DNA of 64,000 nucleotides, from NCBI GenBank assembly GCA_002369415.1, contig DFEZ01000002.1:30158-94157 (forward strand), in the 5' to 3' direction. Both the position numbers and the translations under genes were made by a program. The stretch's first letter is position 1. Each line of letters begins with the position of its first letter. Positions 36,537-46,154 of this stretch are shown here, piece by piece. The notes beneath the pieces are model-generated. The model did no database searches and had not been told where the DNA came from. It saw only the letters and a program-made list of their open reading frames with translations. The stretch is from Bacillales bacterium UBA3789 (GTDB lineage: Bacteria > Bacillota_I > Bacilli_A > RF39 > UBA660).

Positions 36537-37416
36537 TATTTTTTAATACTTTTTTATTTTGAGAACTCTTTATATGATTACCTATAATATCTGATACTTC
36601 AAGTATCGTTATAAAGGCACTTTCATCCATTTCTTCTACTAAATGTTTTAATTCAAATACTTCTATTCTTGTTAAAACACAGTACATTACTTCTTTTTCT
36701 CCACTTATTAGTCCTTTTCCTCTAATAGATGTTGTTGTTCTACCTAAACGTTTATATATTTCTCTTGATAGGTCTGTTCCTTTATCAGTAACAATAAGTG
36801 CAGCTTTTGCTTGTTCTAGTCCTTCTGATACGAAGTCTATTACTTTAAAAGTTATTACATAAGTTAATAGTGAATACATTGATCTATCAAATCCAAAGAT
36901 AAATCCTGCTACTCCAAATATTATTAGGTTAAATGCTAATACTACTTGTCCTACACTTAAACTTGTCTTTTTACTTATTACTATTGCAACACTTTCTGTT
37001 CCATCTACACATCCACCAAAGTGAATTACTATACCTACACCTAATCCATATAGTGCTCCTCCAAAAACTACTGCTAATAATATTTCATCTGTAAATGGTT
37101 GCATTAATTCGAAAAAGGCAATAAATAGTGAAAAGCTTAGCATTGAATAGATTGCTCTTACTAAGAATCTTTCTCCTAAATTTCTATAACCTATAAAAAT
37201 AAATGGGATATTTAATACTATTACCAATAACCATAGAGGTATATTAAACAACTTGAAAATTATAATAGAAATTCCTGTTACTCCTCCATCTAAAATGGTG
37301 TTTGGAATTAAGAAACATTCTAGTGCTGCTGCTGCAATAATTGTTCCTATTGTCAGCATTATAAAAGTTATAATATCTCTGGTTACTTTATTTTTTATTT
37401 TACTCATAACCATCAC
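36526..37416 (-). CDS. YitT family (DUF161/DUF2179) membrane protein.
   Basis: LECFLIPNTILDGGVTGISIII and C-terminal DUF2179-like ITILEVSDIIG. About 5 TM helices. 296 aa. Confidence 0.75.
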   Translation of the reverse strand: MMVMSKIKNKVTRDIITFIMLTIGTIIAAAALECFLIPNTILDGGVTGISIIIFKLFNIPLWLLVIVLNIPFIFIGYRNLGERFLVRAIYSMLSFSLFIAFFELMQPFTDEILLAVVFGGALYGLGVGIVIHFGGCVDGTESVAIVISKKTSLSVGQVVLAFNLIIFGVAGFIFGFDRSMYSLLTYVITFKVIDFVSEGLEQAKAALIVTDKGTDLSREIYKRLGRTTTSIRGKGLISGEKEVMYCVLTRIEVFELKHLVEEMDESAFITILEVSDIIGNHIKSSQNKKVLKNIKS

Positions 37417-37421
37417 TCCTT

Positions 37422-38261
37422 TTATTTTTTATACATATTATGTAAGTCTGTTTTTTCTTTATGTTCTTTGCTACCTTCAGTAGCTTCTTCTTTTCTAATT
37501 TTATCTGATTTATTATCTTTCTTAGGTGGTTCTGTTGGAGGATTTTCTCTTAAATCTTTTTCTCTTTTGTTTTTTAATCTCTTATTAATATAAACATATT
37601 CTTGTCTTACATCTTCTCCATCCATATTTTGATAAGCTGATGTAAATAAGAATTTATAAATAAATAATACAGCTAATAAGATTCCACAAAAAGTTAATAT
37701 TTGAATTAAACTTTCTGCTTCTGGACCTATTTGAGTATTTTTACCTACACCAATTTCTTCTATAGTTTGTCCAATATATTCATCTTTTCCAGTATTATGT
37801 CTACAATTTATATTTTCACCTAATACTGAAATATATTTTACTTCACTTAGTCTTTTTCCTTTTCCTAAGTATTCATTTGATACTTCAATAATGAATGGTG
37901 TTTCTCCCTTAGCCTTAATTATATGTACTGTATCTGAAGTTTCTTCTCCCATAGAAGTACAATAATTAATTGTACCTATATTCTTCTTATTCTTATCAAA
38001 TAAAGCTACTGATATAGATACAGGTAAATCTTCATCAGAAATATTTTTAATATTACCAAAAATTAAATAATTGTTTGGATTTGTAATATCTTTTATACCT
38101 TTTGTTTTGTAATAAAATGATTGATAACTAAAGTGATCTGTTACTATAGTTGTTTCTGTATTGATAGGAATTAATTCCCTTAATTCATAGTTAGCAGCAT
38201 TTACTTTATTAATCATAAACATTACTAATATAATTACTAATACCTTTATTATTCTTTTCAT
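37422..38261 (-). CDS. Hypothetical secreted protein with a C-terminal TM anchor.
   Basis: Signal peptide MKRIIKVLVIILVMFMINKVNA. Later TM ILTFCGILLAVLFIYKFLF and a K/E-rich tail. Start moved to MKRIIKV to avoid a 17-nt overlap. Confidence 0.5.
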   Translation of the reverse strand: MKRIIKVLVIILVMFMINKVNAANYELRELIPINTETTIVTDHFSYQSFYYKTKGIKDITNPNNYLIFGNIKNISDEDLPVSISVALFDKNKKNIGTINYCTSMGEETSDTVHIIKAKGETPFIIEVSNEYLGKGKRLSEVKYISVLGENINCRHNTGKDEYIGQTIEEIGVGKNTQIGPEAESLIQILTFCGILLAVLFIYKFLFTSAYQNMDGEDVRQEYVYINKRLKNKREKDLRENPPTEPPKKDNKSDKIRKEEATEGSKEHKEKTDLHNMYKK

Positions 38262-38262
38262 A

Positions 38263-38811
38263 TCATCTATTCCTTTCAATATACTTTTCTATATCAAGCC
38301 AATTTGTTAAATAGTCGTCTTTTAAATCGTATCTTTCTCTATCATCAAATAAGATACATTTTATTCCTTCAGAAGTAATTTTCTTATAATTATATGGATC
38401 ATCATCTATCATTAAATCTATTTCATATCTTTTACAAACATCTGCTTTTGTTTCTCCATAGGCTGATAATATAACAGCATCTACTTCTATTCCATTTTTT
38501 TGTAACCAATTATCTATTATCTGAAACATATTTTTTACTGTAGGAACTGTACTATTAGAACGCGCTGTTATTATATATATTTCATTACCTTTACTTCTTA
38601 GTCTTTTTAATACATTTTGAACATTTCTTTTTACTTCTACATTTGTATAAATATCTTCTAAATAAATACTAAAGAAACCTTGTTTTAACATTTCATCATT
38701 CATGATATCAAGTGGATTCATATTAATTGCTTCTGAATATTTTTCGATTCTATCATGAACTATTTCAGTTGTTCTACAAATAGTATCATCTAAATCAACC
38801 CCTATTCTCAC
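38263..38811 (-). CDS. HAD-superfamily hydrolase (5'(3')-deoxyribonucleotidase-like).
   Basis: Motif I IGVDLDDTI (DxDxT). Motif II ITARS. Motif IV DLMIDDDP. 182 aa. Confidence 0.6.
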   Translation of the reverse strand: MRIGVDLDDTICRTTEIVHDRIEKYSEAINMNPLDIMNDEMLKQGFFSIYLEDIYTNVEVKRNVQNVLKRLRSKGNEIYIITARSNSTVPTVKNMFQIIDNWLQKNGIEVDAVILSAYGETKADVCKRYEIDLMIDDDPYNYKKITSEGIKCILFDDRERYDLKDDYLTNWLDIEKYIERNR

Positions 38812-39845
38812 TTTAACTCCTCCAATTTTTTAATTGTTTCTTCAATATTTGTTGCTTCTATTAGTTTTATTTTTATTTTCTTTTCTTTTATATATTTTTT
38901 TGCAGCTTTATAGTTCTTTCCTGATGGAGATAAGAATATTTCAGCTCCTGCTTTATAAGCTCCTAATACTTTATGTTCTATTCCACCAATTTGTCCTATT
39001 GTTCCATCTTCTTCTATTGTACCAGTACCTGCTATTTTTTTACCTTTAGTAAGGTCCTTTTCAGTTAGTTGATTATATATTTCTAATGTTGTTATTAATC
39101 CTCCAGATGGTCCTGATTCTCTAGATTTAAAATTTATTTCTACTGTTGGTTTTGTTTTATACTCTCTTACAAATTGAAGTCCAACTCCTAATATTTTATG
39201 ACCATTTTCTTCATACAGTGGACACTCTAATACTTTTTCTTTTCCATCTCTTATTACTTTTACTTTTACCTTATCAGTTAATTCTTTTGTTTGTAGATAA
39301 GTTCTGTAATCAGCAATTGTATCATATGTAACATCATCCATTGATAGTATTTGATCTTGTACTTTTAATGGGGAGTTAAATTCACTATCAAAAGTTGTAA
39401 TAATATACATTTTTGAAGCTTTTTCTTCTATTTGTTTATTTGCTAAATGATAGGCCCAATATGTAGCATTTCCATTTGCAGTCATTAAGTCTAAATCACT
39501 TCTAAATTCAACATCTTCTAAACTTTCTTTTTCATCATACTTGTATAAGTTGGCATCTTCTCTTTCCCAAGATGGAATTATATAGCTAAGTAAATAAGTA
39601 AATACACTTCCATCTAATTGAGTAACATAACTTATATTAAAAGATCCTTTGCTCTCATGCTTATTTGCAACCTTTATTCTACTTGATACATCACTTGCTC
39701 CTCCACCGATTGTTATATAGTAATTAACAGGAACATTTACTAATACTATTAATAGTACTGTGAATAATACAAGTTTCCAATCTGTTATAAATTCTTTGAA
39801 CAACTCTAGTATGAAATTAATTATTTTTTTCATCTTGTATATCAC
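38808..39845 (-). CDS. PDZ plus Lon-C (S16) domain serine protease, YlbL-like.
   Basis: N-terminal TM. C-terminal Lon protease catalytic region SGPSGGLITTLEIYNQL…GTGTIEEDGTIGQIGGIEHKVLGAYKAGAEIFLSP. 345 aa. Confidence 0.75.
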   Translation of the reverse strand: MIYKMKKIINFILELFKEFITDWKLVLFTVLLIVLVNVPVNYYITIGGGASDVSSRIKVANKHESKGSFNISYVTQLDGSVFTYLLSYIIPSWEREDANLYKYDEKESLEDVEFRSDLDLMTANGNATYWAYHLANKQIEEKASKMYIITTFDSEFNSPLKVQDQILSMDDVTYDTIADYRTYLQTKELTDKVKVKVIRDGKEKVLECPLYEENGHKILGVGLQFVREYKTKPTVEINFKSRESGPSGGLITTLEIYNQLTEKDLTKGKKIAGTGTIEEDGTIGQIGGIEHKVLGAYKAGAEIFLSPSGKNYKAAKKYIKEKKIKIKLIEATNIEETIKKLEELK

Positions 39846-39914
39846 CTTAATATAATTATAACAAATAAAATACTGATTTTACTCAAAAATATAAAATTAG
39901 GTTGTATTAATTGT

Positions 39915-39948
39915 CAAATGAAAAAGGTACCTATTGATACCTTTTTAT
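39915..39948 (-). terminator. Rho-independent terminator after the 636-aa pilin-like gene.
   Basis: AAAAGGTA-CCTATTGA-TACCTTTT plus a T-run (minus-strand sense). Overlaps the stop codon. Confidence 0.45.
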
Positions 39949-41855
39949 CCTCCCATTACATTAGGTTTATATGTTATCATTACAAAGCCATCACCAGAAC
40001 TCAATATTTCTCCTGTTAATTGATTGCTTTCTAATGATGATAATGTAGATGAGTGATTGTATAGTTCAGAGTTATTTTCAATACGGAAAGAAGATCCGTC
40101 ATAATTTAAATCTTGTAAAACAGTATGAACAGCTTCTCCATCATCACTTTGCATACAATTGTAGCAATATAATGCTGAATCCCATATTTTTATTCTGTTT
40201 GTTCCATTATATAAGTAACTTGAACCTCCACCAGATCCAGTGTTTTCACTACCTGAGGCAAATCCTGCTCCGAATCCTGCTCCTGCTCCTGGAACTGGGA
40301 ATTCTGAAGTATAATATCTTGTTGGTACTTCGGCAAAAAGTGGTTGATAATAATCAAAAATGTTTCCACCATAACCACAACCAGGGAACCTCCAATTTGT
40401 AGGCCACCATTCATTTAGTTCTGTTGACCAAACTCCTTCTTTTTGACCACTTTCACCAGTGACTCCACCGGCACTTCCACCTTTTCCTTTTATAACTCCA
40501 TTAGAATAATATGATCCTCCGCCTCCACCGGCAATAATCATAAAATGATCCCAATATTCATCATTTTGTATTACTCTTTCAAGATCTTTAAGTGTACTTG
40601 TGGAAACTATAGTTGCTCCTCCTCCGGAACCAACTGTACCAGTTGTTAAATTTCTTTGTATAGCTGGACCTCCACCGATTTTTCCGCCTTCTATTTGAGC
40701 ATCATCGGTAGTAGCCATTTTTCCTGCGCCACCAACATTTACATATAAAATAGTTCCCTTTTGAGCTGATACTAAAGCTTCAGCATATCCTCCATAACCC
40801 ATTTCAGTTGGGCTATCGGACATTGCTCCTCCAGCAGCTCCCCAAACTTGTATTAAATAATATCCTGTTGTAGGAACTTCAAAATATTGATTGTATCCTG
40901 GAATATATGTAAATCTTGTTTTGGCAGGTTCCCAAACTGCATATAACGTAGTGTCTCTATTAAATCTTTGATATGAATCAACACTATAATCTATATTTGT
41001 TTCTCCTTCTCCACGAACTGTCCAACCCACAAGTGAACATCCATCTTTATGAATACCATTTTCAGATGTTGCATTTGGTAGTCTTACATTTTCACCAGAG
41101 TTTACTGTAACTGGGTTAACTGTACCAGTTGCTCCTTCACCTAATTCAAATCTAACTGTATATGTATCTACTTCAGGTGGTAAGATATCAAGACCTGAAG
41201 ACATATCTGATAATTTTGATGTAAAATCCATTGGTGCAACTATATTTATACCATATCTTGTGGATAATTCTGGATGATAGAATCCAATATAGATTGATAA
41301 AACATTGTCATCTGTTATTTCAATTAAAATATTATTTATTGATAAGTCTTTTTGTTCATGACATTCTTCTGTTTTTGTTTTACATGAAACAGGTTTACCG
41401 GCATCATTTATTTTTACATAAGAACTTCCTAAATCAGGTAATTCGTAATCAGTAATTTCTCTATCAGGATTTCCATATTGAATTTTAAATTCATCATCAA
41501 GTGTTGGATTTCCATCAGGGTGTGATGCTGACTGTGTGAATCTTTGTGAAACTATTAAACGTCTTCTAGTTCCATCTGATAAGTTACAATCAACTTGGTG
41601 AGTAACTTTTTTAGTTGTACTATCAACAGTTCTTTTATAAGTAGCATGAGTTAGACCAATTGTTATAAAGTCATCTTGAATATCTTTAGTTAAAATATTT
41701 TTATAACTATAAATTCTTGTTTTATAATTCTCAGCCATTCTTTTATCATTGTAAGCAGAAATTGTTGAGAATAAAGACATTGCTATTACAACAACAAGTA
41801 CAAAACATACTAATACTTCTATTATTGTAATTCCTTTATTATTAAGTTTTTTCAT
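39945..41855 (-). CDS. Giant (636 aa) type IV pseudopilin-like protein. It carries a Listeria-Bacteroides (Flg_new) repeat and a C-terminal ALK/LTK-type glycine-rich domain.
   Basis: Class III signal MKKLNNKG^ITIIEVLVCFVLVVVIAMSLF, with Glu at +5. Middle part YTVRFELGEGATGTVNPVTVNSGENVRLPNATSENGIHKDGCSLVGWTVRG…TTLYAVWEP has the Flg_new pattern. C-terminal part FTYIPGYNQYFEVPTTGYYLIQVWGAAGGAMSDSPTEMGYGGYAEALVSAQKGTILYVNVGGAGK…GGGGGSYYSNG…GKGGSAGGVTG matches the Gly_rich (PF12810-like) pattern. The start codon overlaps the stop of the upstream pseudopilin gene. Confidence 0.7.
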   Translation of the reverse strand: MKKLNNKGITIIEVLVCFVLVVVIAMSLFSTISAYNDKRMAENYKTRIYSYKNILTKDIQDDFITIGLTHATYKRTVDSTTKKVTHQVDCNLSDGTRRRLIVSQRFTQSASHPDGNPTLDDEFKIQYGNPDREITDYELPDLGSSYVKINDAGKPVSCKTKTEECHEQKDLSINNILIEITDDNVLSIYIGFYHPELSTRYGINIVAPMDFTSKLSDMSSGLDILPPEVDTYTVRFELGEGATGTVNPVTVNSGENVRLPNATSENGIHKDGCSLVGWTVRGEGETNIDYSVDSYQRFNRDTTLYAVWEPAKTRFTYIPGYNQYFEVPTTGYYLIQVWGAAGGAMSDSPTEMGYGGYAEALVSAQKGTILYVNVGGAGKMATTDDAQIEGGKIGGGPAIQRNLTTGTVGSGGGATIVSTSTLKDLERVIQNDEYWDHFMIIAGGGGGSYYSNGVIKGKGGSAGGVTGESGQKEGVWSTELNEWWPTNWRFPGCGYGGNIFDYYQPLFAEVPTRYYTSEFPVPGAGAGFGAGFASGSENTGSGGGSSYLYNGTNRIKIWDSALYCYNCMQSDDGEAVHTVLQDLNYDGSSFRIENNSELYNHSSTLSSLESNQLTGEILSSGDGFVMITYKPNVMGG

Positions 41856-42634
41856 TATCTATTCACCTCCATTGTGGCAAATGAATAGAAATTATTTCCA
41901 TCCTTTTTATGTTTTATTTGTATTATTACTCTATATCTAGAATAATTAAGTGACTGAGTTGTATAATCTGGTAAAGTTAAAATATAATCTTGAAATGCAG
42001 ATGAAAAAACTTTTCCTGAATATACTTTTTCACAATATGTTAGGACTTTGTTTTTCTTATCTTCATCAGCTTCTACGATGTTTACTCTTTTATTTACACA
42101 AGTATCAAATTTATTTGTAATACACTCTTCATAGCCATCAGGGTCATTTCTATACTGATAACACATTTCAATTTCTCTATCTAGTGGAGTTCCATCTTTT
42201 GGATGCTTATTTGTCTTTACAGTTGTTTTAAAATCTGGTGTTACTCCACCTATTCTATAGTTAGTTATATATATTTCACAGGCATTTCCTGTATCTTTTT
42301 CACAGTTTTGTATTTCTAGTGAATCAACTAGATTTATACATATTTGACGTTGATTATCAACTGATTCAATATCACTACATTCAAATCTCATATAACCATA
42401 CTCTTGCATAAAGTCTTTTTTGGCATCAGATGGTTTAAATGCTGCTGATTCAACTAGTTTTTTAATCCAAAAAACGGCATATTTACTATCTATGTCGTCA
42501 TAATTTTCTCTTTTTTCATATTCACCAATAAGAGGATAAAAATTACTGTACACCATTGTAAACAAAACCATTAAAAAAACAGTTACAATAAGTGTTTCCG
42601 CAAGAACGAAGCCTTTATTACTTAATTTTTTCAT
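41855..42634 (-). CDS. Cys-rich type IV pseudopilin-like protein (259 aa).
   Basis: Class III signal MKKLSNKG^FVLAETLIVTVFLMVLFTMVYS (Gly at -1, Phe at +1, Glu at +5). About 11 Cys in the mature part. Translationally coupled to the 636-aa gene. Confidence 0.65.
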   Translation of the reverse strand: MKKLSNKGFVLAETLIVTVFLMVLFTMVYSNFYPLIGEYEKRENYDDIDSKYAVFWIKKLVESAAFKPSDAKKDFMQEYGYMRFECSDIESVDNQRQICINLVDSLEIQNCEKDTGNACEIYITNYRIGGVTPDFKTTVKTNKHPKDGTPLDREIEMCYQYRNDPDGYEECITNKFDTCVNKRVNIVEADEDKKNKVLTYCEKVYSGKVFSSAFQDYILTLPDYTTQSLNYSRYRVIIQIKHKKDGNNFYSFATMEVNR

Positions 42635-42769
42635 TTTTCATTCTCACTCTCCTTGATATTCTTATGAAATTATTATATAATACTTTATAGTAAAATACCA
42701 TAGAATACTATCAATAATTTTTTTATTTGACTATTAAAAATGGTATTTAAAAAAAGATAAGGGGTTGAA

Positions 42770-44827
42770 ATGATGGTCCAATTTGACGTTAAGCGAATTC
42801 AAAGTGGAACTGAAAGTTTCATGGTATCATTTGATTTTACTAAGACACCAGTAACTCAAATAGCCGACTACATTATCATTGCTGCTTCTAAATACAATGC
42901 ATCAGATATTCATTTCGATCCTAGAGAAGAAGGAATGATGGTTAGATTTAGAATTGACGGTGATTGTCAAGACTATACTTTTGTTCCTAAAGCATATGAA
43001 AAGAATTTAACTACAAGATTAAAATTAATGGCAAACATGAACATTACTGAATCAAGATTACCTCAAGATGGTGCTATCAAAGGTAACTTTGGTGATCAGT
43101 ATCTAGATATGCGTGTGTCTGCACTACCACTTAATGAGGGTGAAAAAATCGTTATCCGTATCTTAGACTATTCAAGAAGTTTACAAGGTATTGATACTTT
43201 AGGATTCCACCCAGATAATCTTGCTAAAATAAAAAGAATGATGGGTATTCCAAATGGAATTATTCTTACTACAGGAGCTACTGGTTCCGGAAAATCTACA
43301 ACTACTTATTCAATTTTACAAGGATTAAATAAACCAGAAACAAATATAATTACTGTAGAAGACCCAATAGAAATGAACATTGAAGGTATAAATCAAGTTC
43401 AAGTTAATTCTGAAATCGGAATGACTTTCGCTGCTGCCCTTCGTTCTATCTTACGTCAGGACCCTAACGTTATACTTATCGGAGAGATTCGTGACTCTGA
43501 GACTGCACAAATTGCTGTTCGTGCTTCTATCACAGGTCACTTAGTTTTATCTACAATCCATACCAACAACGCTTTAGCTACAGTTGAGCGTCTACTTGAT
43601 ATGGATGTTGAAAGATACTTACTTGCAACAGCTCTTACTGGAATCATTTCTCAAAGACTTGCTAAGATGCTTTGTGAAGATTGTAGATTCCAAAGAGAAA
43701 CTACTCAATATGAAAAGAAAATATTTAAGAAATATTTAAATTTAGATGTAGCACATGTATGGGATGCAAATCCTAAAGGTTGTGAACACTGCCGTAGAGG
43801 ATATCATGGACGTATTGCTTTCCATGAAGTACTTGAATTAGATGATAATGTTAGAAGTGCATTAAGTAATGATAAACTCGAAAAGAAAGAACTTGCTAAA
43901 ATGGTTTATTCAGGAAAAACTATTACAATGTTACAAGATGCCTTAATTAAATGTTTAGATGGAAAAACTTCATTTGAAGAAGTTTATAAGAGTATCGAAA
44001 TTGAAAATGAAGATGATGACAACTACGAAAATGAACTAGATCAAGAAATAATGGATTCTATTCCAGAAGAGGCTTATGAAAAAGAATCAGATGATGATTT
44101 ACTTGGAACTCCAACTAATAATGAAATATCTAGTGTCGTAGTTCCACCTGCATTCACTGCAGAAGACTTTTTAGATAATGCACCTGGTGAAGAAAATGCT
44201 AAAAATGTAGAACAAGCAAATGCTACTGGAGCAGTTACTGTTAATAATCAAGTTCCAGAAACAGCTCCTGTTACTCAAAATGAAATTGCTAATCAAACAG
44301 TAAATTCTGTTTATGCAGCTACTCAAACTAATGCAAGTGTTATGAATAACCAAGCATATACAGTAGCACCAACACAACCAGTTCAAGCTACTCAACAATC
44401 TCAAGCAACACAACCTGTTCAAGTTGTTCAAACTACTGTACCAACTACTGTTCCATATACTGTACCTGCTACTGTTCCTGCAACAGTTCCAGTTACACAA
44501 CCTGTTACAGTACAAGCTGCAATACCAGTTGTTAATACTACACCAGTTCAGGCTACTCAACCAGTTCAACAAGTACAACAACCAGTAATGCCTGTTCAAC
44601 AACCTGTTCAAGCTACTCAGCCAGTTCAAGTTGTTCAAGCTACTGTTCCTGCAACAGCTGCACCTGTTCAAGCATTACAAGATATTGTAACTGTTCAAGC
44701 AACAACTCCTCCAACTGAGGCAGCTACAGTTCCAATTCAACAAGCATATATACCAAAGACAGAAGTAAACGCTAGCAACTTGGAAAAACTTGATAGTACA
44801 AGCAATCCACTAATGCCAAATATATAA
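42770..44827 (+). CDS. Type II/IV secretion-family ATPase (ComGA/PilB/GspE-like, no N1 domain) fused to a ~280-aa P/V/Q/T-rich low-complexity C-terminal tail.
   Basis: Walker A GATGSGKSTTTY. Asp box (…ILDYSRSLQGIDTLGF…). His box LVLSTIHTNNA. Tetracysteine CEDC…CEHCRRGYHGRIAFHEV. Tail: QATQPVQVVQTTVPTTVPYTVPATVPATVPVTQPVTVQAAIPVVNTTPVQATQPVQQVQQPVMPVQQPVQATQPVQVVQATVPATAAPVQ… Divergently arranged relative to the pseudopilin pair. Confidence 0.85.
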   Translation: MMVQFDVKRIQSGTESFMVSFDFTKTPVTQIADYIIIAASKYNASDIHFDPREEGMMVRFRIDGDCQDYTFVPKAYEKNLTTRLKLMANMNITESRLPQDGAIKGNFGDQYLDMRVSALPLNEGEKIVIRILDYSRSLQGIDTLGFHPDNLAKIKRMMGIPNGIILTTGATGSGKSTTTYSILQGLNKPETNIITVEDPIEMNIEGINQVQVNSEIGMTFAAALRSILRQDPNVILIGEIRDSETAQIAVRASITGHLVLSTIHTNNALATVERLLDMDVERYLLATALTGIISQRLAKMLCEDCRFQRETTQYEKKIFKKYLNLDVAHVWDANPKGCEHCRRGYHGRIAFHEVLELDDNVRSALSNDKLEKKELAKMVYSGKTITMLQDALIKCLDGKTSFEEVYKSIEIENEDDDNYENELDQEIMDSIPEEAYEKESDDDLLGTPTNNEISSVVVPPAFTAEDFLDNAPGEENAKNVEQANATGAVTVNNQVPETAPVTQNEIANQTVNSVYAATQTNASVMNNQAYTVAPTQPVQATQQSQATQPVQVVQTTVPTTVPYTVPATVPATVPVTQPVTVQAAIPVVNTTPVQATQPVQQVQQPVMPVQQPVQATQPVQVVQATVPATAAPVQALQDIVTVQATTPPTEAATVPIQQAYIPKTEVNASNLEKLDSTSNPLMPNI

Positions 44828-44831
44828 AATA

Positions 44832-44860
44832 AAAAAGACCAATTAATGGTCTTTTTTTTA
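44832..44860. terminator. Bidirectional terminator between the ATPase gene and the tmk-like gene.
   Basis: GACCA-ATTAA-TGGTC hairpin flanked by A6 and T8. Confidence 0.55.
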
Positions 44861-45526
44861 CATATCTTTTATTAAGTTAACTATTTCTTCGTTGATATCT
44901 TCAATTGATCTTAATTCTCCATCTTTAATACATTCTATTTTATCCCAGTTATATAACTCAGATAATTCTACATATGCTTCTGAAGTTAATTTTAAATAAT
45001 CAACTGCTTTTTCATGTTCATCAATGCATTCTCTATTCTTTCTTAATTCTAGAGATTTCCATAGTGGAACATGTAAGAATATTGTCTTATCTGGTTTTGG
45101 TAATCCAAGTAACCAATACTCTAATTTATCGATCCATTGATACATATTAAATCTTTCTTCTTTATCATGAATCTTACTTCCTTGATGAGCTAAGTTAGAA
45201 GTTGTGTATCTATCTAATATTACGTAATAATCATCATCTAAGAATTGTTGTATCTTAGGCATATTATATTTTCTATCTGCTGCATAATATAGACATATAA
45301 CATGTGGATCTACATTAACAGCGCCTTCTTTAAATAGAGATGGTCCAATTTCTGGTTTTCCTAAATAACTTCCACCAACTATTTTTCCTGTAGGTGTATC
45401 ATACATTGGAAAATCAAATCTCACACATTTCTTTCCCATTTCTATTAGTTTCTTCTCTAATAAAGTTGATTGTGTCTCTTTTCCAGAACAGTCTGTTCCT
45501 TCAATTACTATAATTTTTCCAGCCAT
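44858..45526 (-). CDS. Thymidylate kinase-family (Tmk-like) nucleoside monophosphate kinase.
   Basis: P-loop IVIEGTDCSGKETQ (compare IEGxDGSGKTTQ). DRY motif ILDRYTTSNLAHQGSK. 222 aa. Which paralog it is remains uncertain. Confidence 0.6.
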   Translation of the reverse strand: MAGKIIVIEGTDCSGKETQSTLLEKKLIEMGKKCVRFDFPMYDTPTGKIVGGSYLGKPEIGPSLFKEGAVNVDPHVICLYYAADRKYNMPKIQQFLDDDYYVILDRYTTSNLAHQGSKIHDKEERFNMYQWIDKLEYWLLGLPKPDKTIFLHVPLWKSLELRKNRECIDEHEKAVDYLKLTSEAYVELSELYNWDKIECIKDGELRSIEDINEEIVNLIKDM

Positions 45527-45537
45527 TTGAATCTCTC

Positions 45538-46092
45538 CTATCTAGATTTTATTTTTATTTCATATGATATATTATCTATCTTTTCTTTATATGTATTATC
45601 AATCCACATTTGTATTTTGAAATTATTTTCTTTTAATAATGTTCCTTGATATACAATTATTCCTCCATCTTCTGTTGTATCCATTTTACTTAATTTATCT
45701 AATACTTTTTTCTCTTTATTGATTGTTAAAAAGGAATAAACATATTTATTTGGAATATCATTTCCTGTAGGATAAAGTACCACTTGATATTCTTTATCTT
45801 CTTTACCAGCTATTGTGAAATCTGCTCTACTAGTATTTAGACTACTCTTTCCTACTTCTTCATTTAATTTTGATAAATTAACTATTTTCAACATATCAGT
45901 TGAATTAGAATTATTGAATGAAATATAACTAGCTGTTACTCCATCTATTTTAGGTTCAAGGATATTTGTTGCGAAAATAACATAACTGATTCCTGCAACA
46001 AGGCCACACAAAAGAATAGTATAGAATAAGCTCTTAGTTTGTTTCTTTTTCTTAGTTGATTTTTTCTTTTTCTTTTGTACCTTAGCCATCAC
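45538..46092 (-). CDS. Membrane-anchored hypothetical protein with a poly-Lys N-terminus.
   Basis: MMAKVQKKKKKSTKKKKQTKS, then TM LFYTILLCGLVAGISYVIFA. 184 aa. Confidence 0.5.
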   Translation of the reverse strand: MMAKVQKKKKKSTKKKKQTKSLFYTILLCGLVAGISYVIFATNILEPKIDGVTASYISFNNSNSTDMLKIVNLSKLNEEVGKSSLNTSRADFTIAGKEDKEYQVVLYPTGNDIPNKYVYSFLTINKEKKVLDKLSKMDTTEDGGIIVYQGTLLKENNFKIQMWIDNTYKEKIDNISYEIKIKSR

Positions 46093-46154
46093 CCAATCAC
46101 CTTCTACCTTAATGATACCAAATAGAATGTTAATTTACAATAAAATAAGTGTCA

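Noticed and set aside
5230-41455. Short antisense ORFs embedded in annotated genes. These include 5230-5430, 8003-8197, 11076-11273, 12206-12430, 12670-12936, 13144-13413, 17755-17946, 19331-19561, 20511-20858, 22606-22914, 24435-24632, 28940-29137, 32784-32987, 37253-37483, 38834-39049, 39146-39331, 40049-40414 and 41231-41455.
   Set aside because: All lie opposite longer ORFs with recognisable motifs. None has an SD or promoter, and their translations are compositionally biased (L/F/I/Y-rich). They are frame-shadow artefacts.
44171-44671. 166-aa minus-strand ORF rich in Cys, Asn, Leu and Ser (MNRCSCCRNSSLNN…).
   Set aside because: It is simply the antisense reading of the low-complexity PVQ-repeat DNA of the ATPase tail. 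It has no RBS and no plausible protein properties.
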